A program made the position numbers and the translations under genes. A stretch of 64,000 nucleotides of DNA from Nitrosopumilus sp. (lineage in GTDB: Archaea; Thermoproteota; Nitrososphaeria; Nitrososphaerales; Nitrosopumilaceae), in NCBI GenBank assembly GCA_963662625.1, contig OY759726.1:320001-384000 (forward strand), written 5' to 3'. Each line of letters begins with the position of its first letter. Position 1 is the stretch's first letter. Of the stretch, positions 19,068 through 29,464 are shown one piece after another. The notes under the pieces were generated by a model. The model searched no databases. It was not told where the DNA came from and saw only the letters and a list, made by a program, of their open reading frames with translations.

Positions 19068-19631
19068 TCACCCTTCCGGAATCCACCCCTTCCGGATCTC
19101 GGCCCTGTCGCGCTCCTCCCCCACCCCGGTGGCGTACCTCCAGACCACCGGCGCAGACGAGCTCGTCCTTGACTTGATCTTGAGCAGCGCCTCGGCCTCC
19201 GAGTCTAGGTTGCCGTCGGCCGATCCGCACTCCCTGCAAAACTTGCATTTCTGATCCAGCGTGACCGGCGCCAGGTCGTTGAGCGGGTACGCCGCGCATG
19301 CCAGCGGCCTCTCGGCATAAATCCTGCACAGGAACCCCCCGTGGGGGGAGCGCCCCCCCGACTCAGTGTCTAGGAACGGGCACGTGTCCCCGTTCTCCTC
19401 CCTTCCCATCAACTGGTAGGCGATTACCTCGGACGGGGCCCTGCCGCCCTCCACGGACGCCCCTATCCTCGGAAGGATCGAGACCTCGATCCCGGCGTCC
19501 CTTGCGAGGCCCTCGATCCTCTCCTTCTCTTCGGGGAGGACGAGCACGCCGATCTTCCCAAACCTCTTGCTCGGATAGTACTCCCTCTCGATGCAGCACT
19601 GGGAGCAGTCCCGGACGCATCCAAAGTCCAT
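19068..19631 (-). CDS. YkgJ family cysteine-cluster protein
   Basis: CVRDCSQCC...CPFL...CRIYAERPLACAAYP; start reset to ATG 19631. Confidence 0.85.
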   Translation of the reverse strand: MDFGCVRDCSQCCIEREYYPSKRFGKIGVLVLPEEKERIEGLARDAGIEVSILPRIGASVEGGRAPSEVIAYQLMGREENGDTCPFLDTESGGRSPHGGFLCRIYAERPLACAAYPLNDLAPVTLDQKCKFCRECGSADGNLDSEAEALLKIKSRTSSSAPVVWRYATGVGEERDRAEIRKGWIPEG

Positions 19632-19831
19632 GGCATGTCTTGCGCCCCCGTGGATAAAATCCCTTGCGACGGCCGTGCGCGCGCCCCGCGCGCCGCAGGC
19701 CCCCGCGGGCCCGGCCGGGGGCGTCCTGCGCCAAGGTGCGCCGATCCGGCCCGGGCGCCTCCCGGCACGCTCCCCGGGGCCGGCCCCCGCGTGCCCGCGA
19801 GCCCTGGCCCCACATCCGCAGCGCCCGGCCC

Positions 19832-21168
19832 CAGTAGATCGAAATGTACTAGCCGCCAGACGACTGGTTGGGCCACGCCCGGCAGCCATCCGTCCCGCCC
19901 GCAGCCATCCCCACCATGCACTCCAGCATGACCGCCAGCCGGATCGAGGCGGTGTCGCGGCTCCCGTACCACCCGGCGGACCATTCCACCGACATCATCC
20001 ACAGGTTGTACATCACCAGCGCCATGAAGAACAGGAACGTCCTGACCGAGGCGTCCGGGCTGGTGGTCCTGGGCCTGGCCTTCTCGGCGTCCCTGTACCC
20101 GGTCTCTATCCCCCACCTCTTCCGGTACTCGTCAGGGACGTCGGCGGCGCGCACCGCCCTGCCGGCGTCCGCGTTGGTGGCGTACGCCAGGTACCTCTCC
20201 TGCGCGTCCCCCGAGTCCCACCCGTCCTCGCCCTCCTTCTTCGGGACTATCACCAGGGTGAACGGCTCGCTGGCCTTCCTGTCCTGGGGCGTCAGGGCGT
20301 GCGGGGACACCGCGGCCCTCTCCCCGCGGGCGTGCTCCCCCACGGCCCTCTTTATCCCGGCAGTCCGCGACGCGGGCATGATGAACCTGTGGCCCGACCC
20401 GGACAGCTCCCCGACGACCCCTGCCGAGAAGAATCCCCGGCCCGGCAGGACCAGCCTGGGGCGGACGCCCACGCCAGCGCAGTCACGCAGCAGCTCGCGC
20501 ACGATTCCGGCCCCCGTGCTCCCCCCCTTGGGCCTGCACGCCAGGTTCAGCCCCGGCCCGTCCACCATCTGGGCGGTGGCGTACCCCTCGAAGCGCGACG
20601 TCCCGGACCTGTGCCTCGCGCGCACCAGCTGCTCCTCCCTGGTCGCGGGATCCCTGTCGTACCTGGGTATCAGGTGGTAGTCCAGGGCCACGACGCAGCG
20701 GATCCGCCTGAGGATCCTCGACCGCCCGGCATCCCGCACGGTGGATGCGAGGGCGCCGGCGCACCGCTCCCGCATGGCGTCCGGTTCGGGGCACGCCCCC
20801 CGTATCCTGGAGAGCACCCACGCCGACGACGGCACGCGGCGGGGCCCGTGGCGCACGGCGAGCGTCCCGGTGGCGCCAGACGCGCACGCGCGGTCCCTGC
20901 ACATGGACACCAGAACGCGCACGAAGTCGGCCATGCCGTACACGGCGTTGTGCCGGCCCGAGAACCCGATGCCCGCCCTCTCCAGCAGCCCGGGCAACAT
21001 TTTAAACGCCTTGCCGGCCACCCTGAGTCGGTGCCCCTGCGGTTCGTTTTGGTTGTACATGACGGATGACAGGGGCGCCTGATCCATTGGTTTTTCTGTC
21101 CAAAACGTTCCAGTGCCAGGTCAATACATGCTGGCCAACGCCCCACAGGGGTACATTTCGATCTACTG
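19832..21168 (-). mobile_element. IS4-superfamily (ISH3-like) insertion sequence, 1337 bp
   Basis: Perfect 18-bp TIRs CAGTAGATCGAAATGTAC (19832-19849 and 21151-21168); 5-bp TSD GGCCC (19827-31 and 21169-73). Confidence 0.9.
19849..21087 (-). CDS. ISH3-like DDE transposase, probably catalytically dead
   Basis: ALDYH (D1), YRKRWGIETGYR (YREK-like motif); the expected D2 motif LDRGFFS reads PGRGFFS. Confidence 0.8.
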   Translation of the reverse strand: MDQAPLSSVMYNQNEPQGHRLRVAGKAFKMLPGLLERAGIGFSGRHNAVYGMADFVRVLVSMCRDRACASGATGTLAVRHGPRRVPSSAWVLSRIRGACPEPDAMRERCAGALASTVRDAGRSRILRRIRCVVALDYHLIPRYDRDPATREEQLVRARHRSGTSRFEGYATAQMVDGPGLNLACRPKGGSTGAGIVRELLRDCAGVGVRPRLVLPGRGFFSAGVVGELSGSGHRFIMPASRTAGIKRAVGEHARGERAAVSPHALTPQDRKASEPFTLVIVPKKEGEDGWDSGDAQERYLAYATNADAGRAVRAADVPDEYRKRWGIETGYRDAEKARPRTTSPDASVRTFLFFMALVMYNLWMMSVEWSAGWYGSRDTASIRLAVMLECMVGMAAGGTDGCRAWPNQSSGG

Positions 21169-21359
21169 GGCCCGGTGGCCCAGTCGTTCGGCGGCGGCGC
21201 GCCCTACATCGTCCTCGGGGCGGCCGGGATCGGGGTCACCGCGCTTGCGGTAGCCCGCCGCGGGAGGCTCGAGCCCAGGCGGCGCCACGGCTAGGCCCGG
21301 GCGGGCGCCGCGGGGCCGCCGCGCAGTAGGTTTAATTTCGAACAAGACCATTACATGGC

Positions 21360-21701
21360 ATGGACCACCCCCTGAACATCGCGGGCAGCGAGTGGGTGAT
21401 CATAGTATTCGTCGCCCTCGTCCTGATCCTGGGCACGAACCAGCTGCCGGCCGCCGCAAGAAAGCTGGGAAAGGCGGTCAACGAGTACAACCGTGCAAAG
21501 GAGGACGTCCGGAACCAGATGCGGGAAGCCGCCGACCACGGCATCCCCGTCTCGGGCCCGGTGGAAAACGAGAGGCAGAAGCTGGAGGCAATCGCCAAGT
21601 CGCTCGGGCTTGACGCCGGCACGGAGTCCGACGACGAGCTGCGGAAGATGATATCGGACAAGATCGGCCGGAAGGGCGCCGACGGCCCCGGGGGAGGGTA
21701 G
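21360..21701 (+). CDS. tatA: Twin-arginine translocase TatA/TatE family subunit
   Basis: GSEWVIIVFVALVLILG...LP.AARKLGKA. Confidence 0.82.
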   Translation: MDHPLNIAGSEWVIIVFVALVLILGTNQLPAAARKLGKAVNEYNRAKEDVRNQMREAADHGIPVSGPVENERQKLEAIAKSLGLDAGTESDDELRKMISDKIGRKGADGPGGG

Positions 21702-21791
21702 GGGGCCGCGGATCCGGCCGGCGCCGGATCCGGAAACGCGGAGGCCCCCGGCAGGTCAAGCAATAAATCCGCATGCGGCGGCCTAGTCTCA

Positions 21792-24302
21792 TTGAAGTAC
21801 CCGTGCCCCGAATGCCGATCCAGCCTGGAATTCCACAGGACGTTCAACAGGAAGATCCACGTCTCGTGCGCCTCCTGCGGCATGGGGGACCTGCTGGAAT
21901 ACGCCAGCAACCGCGACGAGGTGTACCTGGAGTTCCTCTCGAGGCACGACTCGGGGCTGGCGTCCAAGGGGCGGGTCCTGGAGAGCGTGAAGAAAGAGGG
22001 CATGGTCCGCGATGAAAAAGAGATCAACGACATGATCAAGGGGCACAAGCCGGCCGCGCTCACGAGGTCCGTGCTGCGCTCTAAGATGGACTACGTGTCG
22101 CAGTTCAAGGTCATCAAAAGCCCGGAGCCCGAGATGGGCTGCACGCCCGACGAGTCCGGGCTTGACGGGGCGGTCACGGGGCACCTGGCGGACTCCGGGA
22201 TAGGGAGGCTCTACAAATTCCAGGAGGACGCGATACGCGAGATCGCCTACGGTGAGAGCATCGTGATCGAGGCGCCCACCGCGTCGGGCAAGACCGAGGC
22301 GTTCATGGCCCCCGTGGTCCACAAGGTGGTGGGCAAGGCGGGGGCAGGCTCGATCCTGGCGGTGTTCGTATACCCGACAAAGTCCCTGTCCCGGGACCAG
22401 CTTCCCAAGATCCGGGGGTTTGCCGACAGGGCGGGGGTTGCCGTCGGCGTCTTTGACGGGGACACCCCGCCCGCGGACAGGCAGGAGATCCTGTCCCGCC
22501 CCCCCGGCATCCTCGTCACCAACTTTGACGTGCTGCACTACCACCTGTGGCACCAGACCAGGCTCGCGTCCCTGCTCTCGTCCGTGGAGGTGCTCGTGGT
22601 GGACGAGGCGCACGTCTACACCGGGATCTTCGGCTCGAACGTGCACTATATCCTGAAGCGCCTGAAGCGGATCTGCGGGAAGCGCCTGCAGTTCGTCGCG
22701 GCCTCTGCCACGCTGAACGGAGCGGGGGAGTTCTGCGAGGGGCTCTTCGGCGCGCCGATGGGGACGGTCAGCGGCTCGGGCAGGAGGGGGGAGACGGACT
22801 TTGTGATGCTGTTCCCGTCGCTGAGGACACAGCGGGCGCTGATGGTGGACCTGGCAAAGCGGCTCACCGACAAGGGCCACAAGACGCTGGTCTTCAGCAA
22901 CTCGCACCTGAACTCGGAACTGCTGGCGGTGCACGCGCGGCGTAGGAAGGTCGACATCAGGGTCCACAGGGCCGGCCTGATGGCAAACTACAGGAAGTCG
23001 GTCGAGGGGGCGTTCAAGGAGGGCTCCCTGCTGGCCGTCTCGTGCACCCCCACGCTGGAGCTGGGGATCGACGTGGGAAGCGTGGACGGGGTGATATCGT
23101 CGACGATCCCCGCAAACAGGCTAGTCCAGAGGATCGGGCGGGCTGCAAGGAAGGGGCAGCACGGCTTTGCCTTCCTGGCGCTCGGCAACGACCCCATATC
23201 GCAGTACTACAAGAACCACCCGGACGACTATTTCGAGGACGTCGAGCTGCCCCACATCGATCCCGGGAACCCCTTCGTGGAGGAGATGCACGTGCTGGCG
23301 ATGGCGTGCGACCGGCCGATCTCCAGGCACGAGCTCGGGGAGCACCGCGGGGCGATCCGGGAGCACCTCAGGAGGGGAAACATCGTCATGCAGGACAGCA
23401 GGCTCGTCCCGGTCCGCGCCAAGGCAGGGCCGCTGCTAGACCAGTACAGCATAAGGGGGATGGGGGAATCCGTGGACATCTTCCTTGGCAGGAGAAAGGT
23501 GGGGGAGCGGGTGCTCCCGATCGCGCTCGAGGAGCTGCACAAGGACGCGGTGTACTTCGTGGCGGGCACCCGCTACAGGGTCCGCGAGTTTGACTACCCC
23601 GGGGACCCCCGCGCGATGCTGCAGAGGATCCCGAGGGACTACCCGTACTACACCAAGGCGCTCGTCGAGGAGCGGCCCACAGTGGAGGCCGTGTACGAGA
23701 GGAGGCGGGCGTTCGGGGTGGAGGTCGCGTTCTGCAGGCTGCTGATCCAAAAGGAGGTGTCAGGGTACGCCAACGTGGAACTGGGGCAGGAGGCCTCCCA
23801 GGGGACCAGGGTGGCGCTGGACGCGCCCCTGAGGTACGAGTTCACGACCAAGGGGGTAGCCTTTTGCGCGCCAGCCCCGGCCGAGGCGATCCGGGCGGCA
23901 GACGACGGGGAATACGCCGAGGCAAGCGGGTACCACGCGACGGAGCACGTCCTGATCGAGGGCAGCAACATGATCACGGGAGGCGTGTCGCAGGACCTCG
24001 GGGGAATCTCCATGGGGACGTCCGGCATGATATTCATCTACGACGGGGCGATCGGGGGAAGCGGCGCGAGCAAGGCCCTGTACGACAGGTTCGAGAAGGC
24101 GCTGGAGCGGAGCATGCAGCTGGTGGGCGAGTGCCCCTGCAAGGACGAGTCGGGGTGCCCGCGGTGCACCCTCTCGTACAGGTGCGGCAACAACAACGAG
24201 TTTCTGCACAAGCGCTCGGCCCTTGAGATCCTGACGAGGATCAACGGCGGGGAGGATACGGCGATCGCGTACCCGTCGGAGGGCGACAGGCCGCTGGTGT
24301 GA
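21792..24302 (+). CDS. DEAD/DEAH-box SF2 helicase with C-terminal DUF1998 (Hrq1/MrfA/SftH-like)
   Basis: APTASGKT, DEAH, SAT, LELGIDVG, QRIGRAAR, CPCKDESGCPRC. Confidence 0.9.
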   Translation: MKYPCPECRSSLEFHRTFNRKIHVSCASCGMGDLLEYASNRDEVYLEFLSRHDSGLASKGRVLESVKKEGMVRDEKEINDMIKGHKPAALTRSVLRSKMDYVSQFKVIKSPEPEMGCTPDESGLDGAVTGHLADSGIGRLYKFQEDAIREIAYGESIVIEAPTASGKTEAFMAPVVHKVVGKAGAGSILAVFVYPTKSLSRDQLPKIRGFADRAGVAVGVFDGDTPPADRQEILSRPPGILVTNFDVLHYHLWHQTRLASLLSSVEVLVVDEAHVYTGIFGSNVHYILKRLKRICGKRLQFVAASATLNGAGEFCEGLFGAPMGTVSGSGRRGETDFVMLFPSLRTQRALMVDLAKRLTDKGHKTLVFSNSHLNSELLAVHARRRKVDIRVHRAGLMANYRKSVEGAFKEGSLLAVSCTPTLELGIDVGSVDGVISSTIPANRLVQRIGRAARKGQHGFAFLALGNDPISQYYKNHPDDYFEDVELPHIDPGNPFVEEMHVLAMACDRPISRHELGEHRGAIREHLRRGNIVMQDSRLVPVRAKAGPLLDQYSIRGMGESVDIFLGRRKVGERVLPIALEELHKDAVYFVAGTRYRVREFDYPGDPRAMLQRIPRDYPYYTKALVEERPTVEAVYERRRAFGVEVAFCRLLIQKEVSGYANVELGQEASQGTRVALDAPLRYEFTTKGVAFCAPAPAEAIRAADDGEYAEASGYHATEHVLIEGSNMITGGVSQDLGGISMGTSGMIFIYDGAIGGSGASKALYDRFEKALERSMQLVGECPCKDESGCPRCTLSYRCGNNNEFLHKRSALEILTRINGGEDTAIAYPSEGDRPLV

Positions 24303-24381
24303 GCGGCCGGGGAGGGCGCGGGCGCCGCGGCCCGCCGCGCCTGCCGGCATGGGATAAATATGACTGAATACCACAGACCTC

Positions 24382-25212
24382 ATGGACAAGGTAGCGCTGG
24401 TCACCGGGAGTTCCAGCGGCATCGGGCTCGAGGCGTCGCTGGCGCTTGCAAGGGACGGCTTTCACACGTATGCCAGCATGAGGGACCCGGGCAGGGGCCG
24501 GGAACTGCTGGCCGCCGCCGAAAAGGAGGGGCTGCCAGTAGAGGTGATCGGGCTCGACGTCGACGACGCCGCGTCGGTGGCCTCCGCGGTAGGCAGGGTG
24601 GTGGACGAGTCGGGCAGGATCGACGTCCTGGTAAACAACGCCGGCTACGGGCAGTTCGGGTGCACCGAGGACGTGTCCGTGGAGGAGTTCAGGAGGCAGT
24701 TTGAGACCAACTTCTTCAGCATCGTCGGGATCATCCAGCAGGTGGCGCCCGTCATGAGGGGCCAGGGCTCGGGGATAATAGTCAACATCAGCTCGGTTGT
24801 GGGGCGGATGGGGCTGCCAGGGTCGTCTGCGTACATCAGCACGAAGTTCGCGCTGGAGGGGCTCAGCGAGTGCCTCAGGTACGAGCTCGGGCAGTTCGGG
24901 ATAAGGACAACGCTCATCGAGCCGGGGGTCATAAAGACGAACTTTTTCAGCTCCATGAGGATCCCCGAGTCGAACAAGGACCCGAAATACAAGGAGCTGA
25001 CCGGGAACATCCTGGGGGGGCTGAAGATGATGGTGGAGATGGGGACCCCGCCGTCCCAGGTGGCCGAGGTGATCGTCAGGGCAATCCACGACGAGGAGAT
25101 CCTGCCCAGGTACACGGCGGGGGCCGACGCGGCCATGTTCATGGAGGCGAAGAAGTCCAAGACGGACGCGGAGTTTGAGAGGTACATGGGCAAGGAGCTG
25201 TTTCCCAGCTAG
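24382..25212 (+). CDS. Short-chain dehydrogenase/reductase
   Basis: TGSSSGIG, NNAG, YISTK. Confidence 0.92.
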   Translation: MDKVALVTGSSSGIGLEASLALARDGFHTYASMRDPGRGRELLAAAEKEGLPVEVIGLDVDDAASVASAVGRVVDESGRIDVLVNNAGYGQFGCTEDVSVEEFRRQFETNFFSIVGIIQQVAPVMRGQGSGIIVNISSVVGRMGLPGSSAYISTKFALEGLSECLRYELGQFGIRTTLIEPGVIKTNFFSSMRIPESNKDPKYKELTGNILGGLKMMVEMGTPPSQVAEVIVRAIHDEEILPRYTAGADAAMFMEAKKSKTDAEFERYMGKELFPS

Positions 25213-25231
25213 GCCGGGAGCCTCCCGGACG

Positions 25232-27433
25232 CTATTCCAGGTAGTCGATTATCCGCCCGCTGGGCCCCAGCCCTACCGAGTTGATCTCGTTGCCGATGTC
25301 GTCGAGGTCGTTCATCTTGATCACGTCTGCGGACACGGTATACAGGACGTCCTCGATGTAGAGCGAGCGCGGGCCCGACGGGAGGTACGAGTCGGCGGAC
25401 TCTGAGTGGTCTATCGTCCCCTTGAGGCCAAAGCCGTCCCGCGTGTCGAGGCCGTACACGTAAAACCCGTACCAGTACGCGTCACGCTGCGCCGCGCCCC
25501 CGGGATCGGCGGCGCCGGGCGCCCCGCCCTCGATCGGGATGGACAGCACGTCCCTGGCCTTGTCAAACAGGAACGCCCTGTGGTTGTACAGCGCGGCAGA
25601 GCCCGTCGAGCCGTCGCCGATGACCACCTCGTCCAGGACGGAGGGGTTCCTCACGTCCGAGACGTCAAACAGCGCGAGCTTCACCCCGAGCTGCACCACC
25701 CTGCCGGAGTCCTCCTTCGTATCCCTGCCGACGCCGATCACGTGATCCCCGTCGTACGGGTGCAGGTAGTTCGAGAACCCAGGGATCTTCAGCTCTCCCA
25801 GGACCTCCGGCTGGTCGGCCGACAGGTCGATCACGAAGAACGGGTCGATCCTCTCGAACGTCACGAGGTACAGCCTGTCCCCCATGAACCTTGCCGAAAA
25901 GATGCTCTCGTCCTCCGCCAGGTTCTCCACGCTTCCCACCACGCCCAGGCCGTCCTTGTCCATGACGTATACCGAGTTGTACTCCGTGAACCCCCCGTCC
26001 TGGGAGACGCGCTCGTTAGTGGTGGCGACCCGGAACCTGTCGCCGTACTCGTCCATCGAGAACTGGTTCAGCAGCCAGCCCGGGACCTCGCCCTTCGCCT
26101 GGTACTCGAGGTTGCCGCCGTCCAGGAGTACCTTGTGGATCACGGTCCTGTGGGCGTCCGCCACAACCTTGGCGTGGTACTCGGCGAGCGCCCCCTCGAT
26201 CCTGTCAAACAGCCGCTTCCTGTCCTCCCCGTCCATCCCGTTGTATGCGTCCTGCAGGACGTCCGATATCTGGGCCCACTTCAGGCCCCCGTCCTGCGAC
26301 GCGATGCTGTTTATGTCGTCCTGCACCTGCTGTGGCAGCAGGGGCACTACCACTCCGAAGAACCTGTCTTCTTGCACGCGGTCGTGGTAGAGCCTGGGGC
26401 TGCTCTGGTAGGCGGCGTACAGCGCGTCCCGCGAGACGTAGATCGTGCCTGACGCCCCCATGAGGTACGTCTGGGAGTTCACAAAGCTCTCGTCAAGCAC
26501 GTTGAGCGCGGTTATCGTGTTGAAGTTATAGTCCGCCGCGGGGCTGTCAAAGTAAAACACGTCCGGCCAAAACACCGCCTCGCCCGACGCGCCGTCCATG
26601 ACGCGGGGAATCGTGGGCACGAAATAATCGGCCCACACCGTGGACACAAAGTACACATAGTCCCCGATCATCCGCGCGTCGGCAAAGTACCCGTCGACAC
26701 TGTAGTCCCTGAGGATCGCGGGGGCCCCCCTGTCGGACACGTCGATCACCACCGCGTGGGTCGCGGGCGTGGTGTCCCGGACCGGCATGAAATCAAACTC
26801 CGGAATCACGTCCCTGTCGCCGTACCCTTGGTAGAACACCACCAGCCTGTCCCCGTTCAGGAACATGCTCTGCAGGTCCTGCGTGCCTATGTCGAGGGCG
26901 ACCCTCGCGACGACCTCTGCCCCGTCTGCCGGATAGGCGTCGATGATCGTGAGGCTGCGGTCCTTCACTACGTATATGTAGTCCCCGTCGGTCTTGAGAA
27001 AGTCGGGCTCGTCGACCCCGGCCACCTGTATGTTCGTCGACGAATAGTCCGTGGCGACCACGGAGTCCAGCGCGACGGACTCGGCCGTGCCGGGGGATCT
27101 GAGCATGCCTTCGGATACTTGGAACGCCGGCATCGCGATTTCGTTAGCCAGGAATCCCTGGCCGAACCCGTAGTGCCGGGGGCCGCCGTAGGCCGCGGCG
27201 CCGGCCAGAAAGTCCCTCAACTCTTCCTCGGACGAGAATTTCTTGAGCTGCTGCGTCCCCTCAAACGATGCCGGCGGCGCGATCACCGGGGGCCCAAAGC
27301 CGGAACCCGCCTGCCCGGGATCCGCCGGCCCCCCCGCGTCCTGCGGCGACGCGTCCTGCGCGAGGTAAAACCCCAAGACGCCGGCCAGGACGACCGCCGC
27401 CATGGCGGAGGGCAGCACTATGCGGGGATCCAT
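25232..27433 (-). CDS. Membrane-anchored/secreted beta-propeller domain protein (Beta_propel)
   Basis: N-terminal TM; YSSTNIQVAGVDEPDFLKTDG, LLNQFSMDE, GELKIPGFSNYLHP. Confidence 0.88.
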   Translation of the reverse strand: MDPRIVLPSAMAAVVLAGVLGFYLAQDASPQDAGGPADPGQAGSGFGPPVIAPPASFEGTQQLKKFSSEEELRDFLAGAAAYGGPRHYGFGQGFLANEIAMPAFQVSEGMLRSPGTAESVALDSVVATDYSSTNIQVAGVDEPDFLKTDGDYIYVVKDRSLTIIDAYPADGAEVVARVALDIGTQDLQSMFLNGDRLVVFYQGYGDRDVIPEFDFMPVRDTTPATHAVVIDVSDRGAPAILRDYSVDGYFADARMIGDYVYFVSTVWADYFVPTIPRVMDGASGEAVFWPDVFYFDSPAADYNFNTITALNVLDESFVNSQTYLMGASGTIYVSRDALYAAYQSSPRLYHDRVQEDRFFGVVVPLLPQQVQDDINSIASQDGGLKWAQISDVLQDAYNGMDGEDRKRLFDRIEGALAEYHAKVVADAHRTVIHKVLLDGGNLEYQAKGEVPGWLLNQFSMDEYGDRFRVATTNERVSQDGGFTEYNSVYVMDKDGLGVVGSVENLAEDESIFSARFMGDRLYLVTFERIDPFFVIDLSADQPEVLGELKIPGFSNYLHPYDGDHVIGVGRDTKEDSGRVVQLGVKLALFDVSDVRNPSVLDEVVIGDGSTGSAALYNHRAFLFDKARDVLSIPIEGGAPGAADPGGAAQRDAYWYGFYVYGLDTRDGFGLKGTIDHSESADSYLPSGPRSLYIEDVLYTVSADVIKMNDLDDIGNEINSVGLGPSGRIIDYLE

Positions 27434-27477
27434 TCAGTTTATGCCGCCGACTGCGGATTTAAAGGTGGTGCAGCTAG

Positions 27478-28532
27478 TATAGCAACGCTCAAAAGTTCTT
27501 GAGCACCAAGGACTTACTGTTGATGTACCTCATGACGTCCAGGTTGGCGTGGGACGTCCTCAGGTATTCGGACAGGGTGCGCCTCATCTCCCCGAACGTC
27601 CCGTAATACTCCGACACCAGGACGTCGCGCCTTGGCCTGCGCCAGTACTCCTCCATGGCGTTCAGCTCCGGCGTCCCGTCGGGAAGGTACGTGACCCTCA
27701 CGCCGGGGTTGCGCGAGACGTATTTTTTCACGACCCCGGCCGTGTGGGGCGACGCGCCGTCCATCATTGCGTGCACCTTCCCGAAGCGCCGGTGCAGCCC
27801 CTCGAGGTACGACAGGAACGTGTCCTTGTCGAACCTGTCGTGCGTCCTGAAGTGCCTGCGCCCGCCAGCTGCCAGCGCCCCGTACGCCACCGCCTTGCGG
27901 CGGTTGCCGTCGTGCCCCACGACGATCCGCCCGCCCCTGGGGGACCAGTACTTCCTCCCGGTTACCTGGTCGCGTATGTAAACCGCCCCGCCCGGCATTG
28001 CTGTGGCAAAACCCTGCCCTTCCAGGCGCGAGATCTTCCTCCTCGCACTCTTCTGCCACCCGCGTGTCCAGTCCAGGCCCGCCTTGCTGGCGTGGACGCG
28101 CTGCGGCGCCTTGGGGGACAGGCCGATGTTCCCCATGATCCTCCTGACCGACGTGACGTGGTACGCCGCGCCCAGCGTTCTCCGTATGTCGTCGCGGAGC
28201 CTCTCCGGGGCGGCGGTGCCGCCCGTGCCGTCCAGCATGCCTTGGCTCTCCTCAATCTTGGCCTTTGGCGGTCTACCGCTCTTGGGAAGATCCCGGAGGG
28301 AGCCGGTGCCGTCCTACCTGAAGCGTCCCACCCAAGACGACACCCAGTTGGGGCACTGCATGAGGGAGTCTGCCGTGTGTTGGATGCTTTCACTGTTCAT
28401 GCACACCATGCTCACCCCTCCAGCTGCTTGGTCGTTCTACGCCTTGCCACGCACGTACTGGCACCTCCTGCCATAAGGATCAGGCATGATCGCGCCTTGT
28501 TGATTAAAGCGCTGTGTTTGGGCACGCTCAGC
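27478..28532 (-). mobile_element. Degenerate IS630-family element
   Basis: Contains an IS630 transposase pseudogene; end TATAGCAACGCTCAAA at 27478 and a degenerate counterpart near 28518-28532 (boundaries approximate). Confidence 0.65.
27489..28474 (-). pseudogene. IS630-family transposase pseudogene
   Basis: HTH segment WVGRFR*DG...LPKSGRPPK with in-frame TAG at 28314-28316; MDGASPH and PELNAMEEYW retained; first catalytic motif reads MPGGA; 5' part frameshifted. Confidence 0.85.
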
Positions 28533-28582
28533 ACGGCGGCCGACGAATACGGATCAGCATGATCGCGCCTTGTTGATTAAAG
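28477..28582. repeat. Direct repeat, 2 copies, core GCATGATCGCGCCTTGTTGATTAAAG
   Basis: Identical 26-bp core at 28484-28509 and 28557-28582, each preceded by GGATCA(G). Confidence 0.9.
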
Positions 28583-28708
28583 GGTCAGCATACGTGACCT
28601 CATACTTAACTTAGGCGGATGAGCCGTTTTTCCCAACTTCAAGAACCCCTTCATACCTGTTTCGGGCGGACTACCGATATTCGTTTGTGTCCAAACCACA
28701 TGGCATGT

Positions 28709-28805
28709 ATGGCCGAATACCCCACAAAAAGTCAGATCGCAGTAGGTGGCACGGCATACATAGAGACGAATGAGAACCAGGGAAAGGGCGTGCTCACGGA
28801 GGGGG
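28709..28805 (+). pseudogene. YwbE (DUF2196)-like N-terminal gene fragment
   Basis: MAEYPTKSQIAVGGTAYIETNENQGKGVLTEG resembles the YwbE N-terminus; cut off by the following IS fragment. Confidence 0.5.
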
Positions 28806-28806
28806 G

Positions 28807-29064
28807 GTGCTGTGCCTTCCCACCGCCGCGCCGAAGCCCGGAGCGGCGGGGGCCGTGCGGGAGGAGGCAAGGCACGGGCTGGTCACGTCAAGGCACGGGC
28901 TGGTCACGTCAAGGCACGGGCTGGTCACGTCAAGGCACCACGGGACGCTGGAGGGCCTGAAGCACGCGGTCTCGGGGTATTTCAGGACGTGCCCGATCAG
29001 GGTGGACACCTGCAAGTTCCTGTACCGCTCCATCTGAGGGGAAATTTTCAATGATCGTCACTAT
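28807..29064 (+). mobile_element. IS630-family transposase C-terminal remnant and right end
   Basis: LCLPTAAPKPGAAGAVREEAR...TLEGLKHAVSGYFRT...FLYRSI* parallels the C-terminus of the 27489 transposase (YLPDGTPELNAMEEYW...TLSEYLRT). Confidence 0.65.
28868..28938 (+). repeat. 21-bp tandem repeat CAAGGCACGGGCTGGTCACGT x3 plus a partial copy
   Basis: Directly visible perfect copies. Confidence 0.95.
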
Positions 29065-29107
29065 CGGTACATGCGATTACAATAGACGTGGCGTTGATCG
29101 TAAAAAA

Positions 29108-29431
29108 CTATTTAGCGTTTTTCCTATCGACTAGAACAATAACACAGATTACCGCAACAGGTAAAATCACCATGCTAAACAAAAACGGCACATTATCCCT
29201 AATTTGTGTTGTTATTTGAGGCTCTTCCATTCCGCGTGCAGTGCCACTCCACTCTGATATGCCCTCGCCTGTCACCCCAATTGTCAGTACCGGGCGTGTC
29301 AAAACCATTAATGTTGTGTATATGGAACAATCCATGTCAAGGCTTTGGCAAAACTGAAGTAGAGGTACTAGCGAAATACAAAAAAGAGCAAAACACAAAA
29401 CGACTAAAATTGCTTTATACCTAATTTTCAT
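29108..29431 (-). CDS. Small membrane protein, low GC
   Basis: N- and C-terminal hydrophobic helices; AT-rich compared with the flanks. Confidence 0.65.
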   Translation of the reverse strand: MKIRYKAILVVLCFALFCISLVPLLQFCQSLDMDCSIYTTLMVLTRPVLTIGVTGEGISEWSGTARGMEEPQITTQIRDNVPFLFSMVILPVAVICVIVLVDRKNAK

Positions 29432-29464
29432 TAATGCCTCGACAACATTAAAAAACTAAAAAGA

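Noticed and set aside
21792-24302. DUF1998 helicase as DISARM DrmB
   Set aside because: No drmA/C/D or methyltransferase neighbours; fits a standalone Hrq1/SftH-like repair helicase.
28590-28700. Possible IS200/IS605 right end or omegaRNA remnant
   Set aside because: No tnpB/tnpA coding remnant or convincing terminal hairpin recognised.
28868-28938. 21-bp repeats as a CRISPR array
   Set aside because: No spacers; in-frame slippage duplication inside an IS630 remnant.
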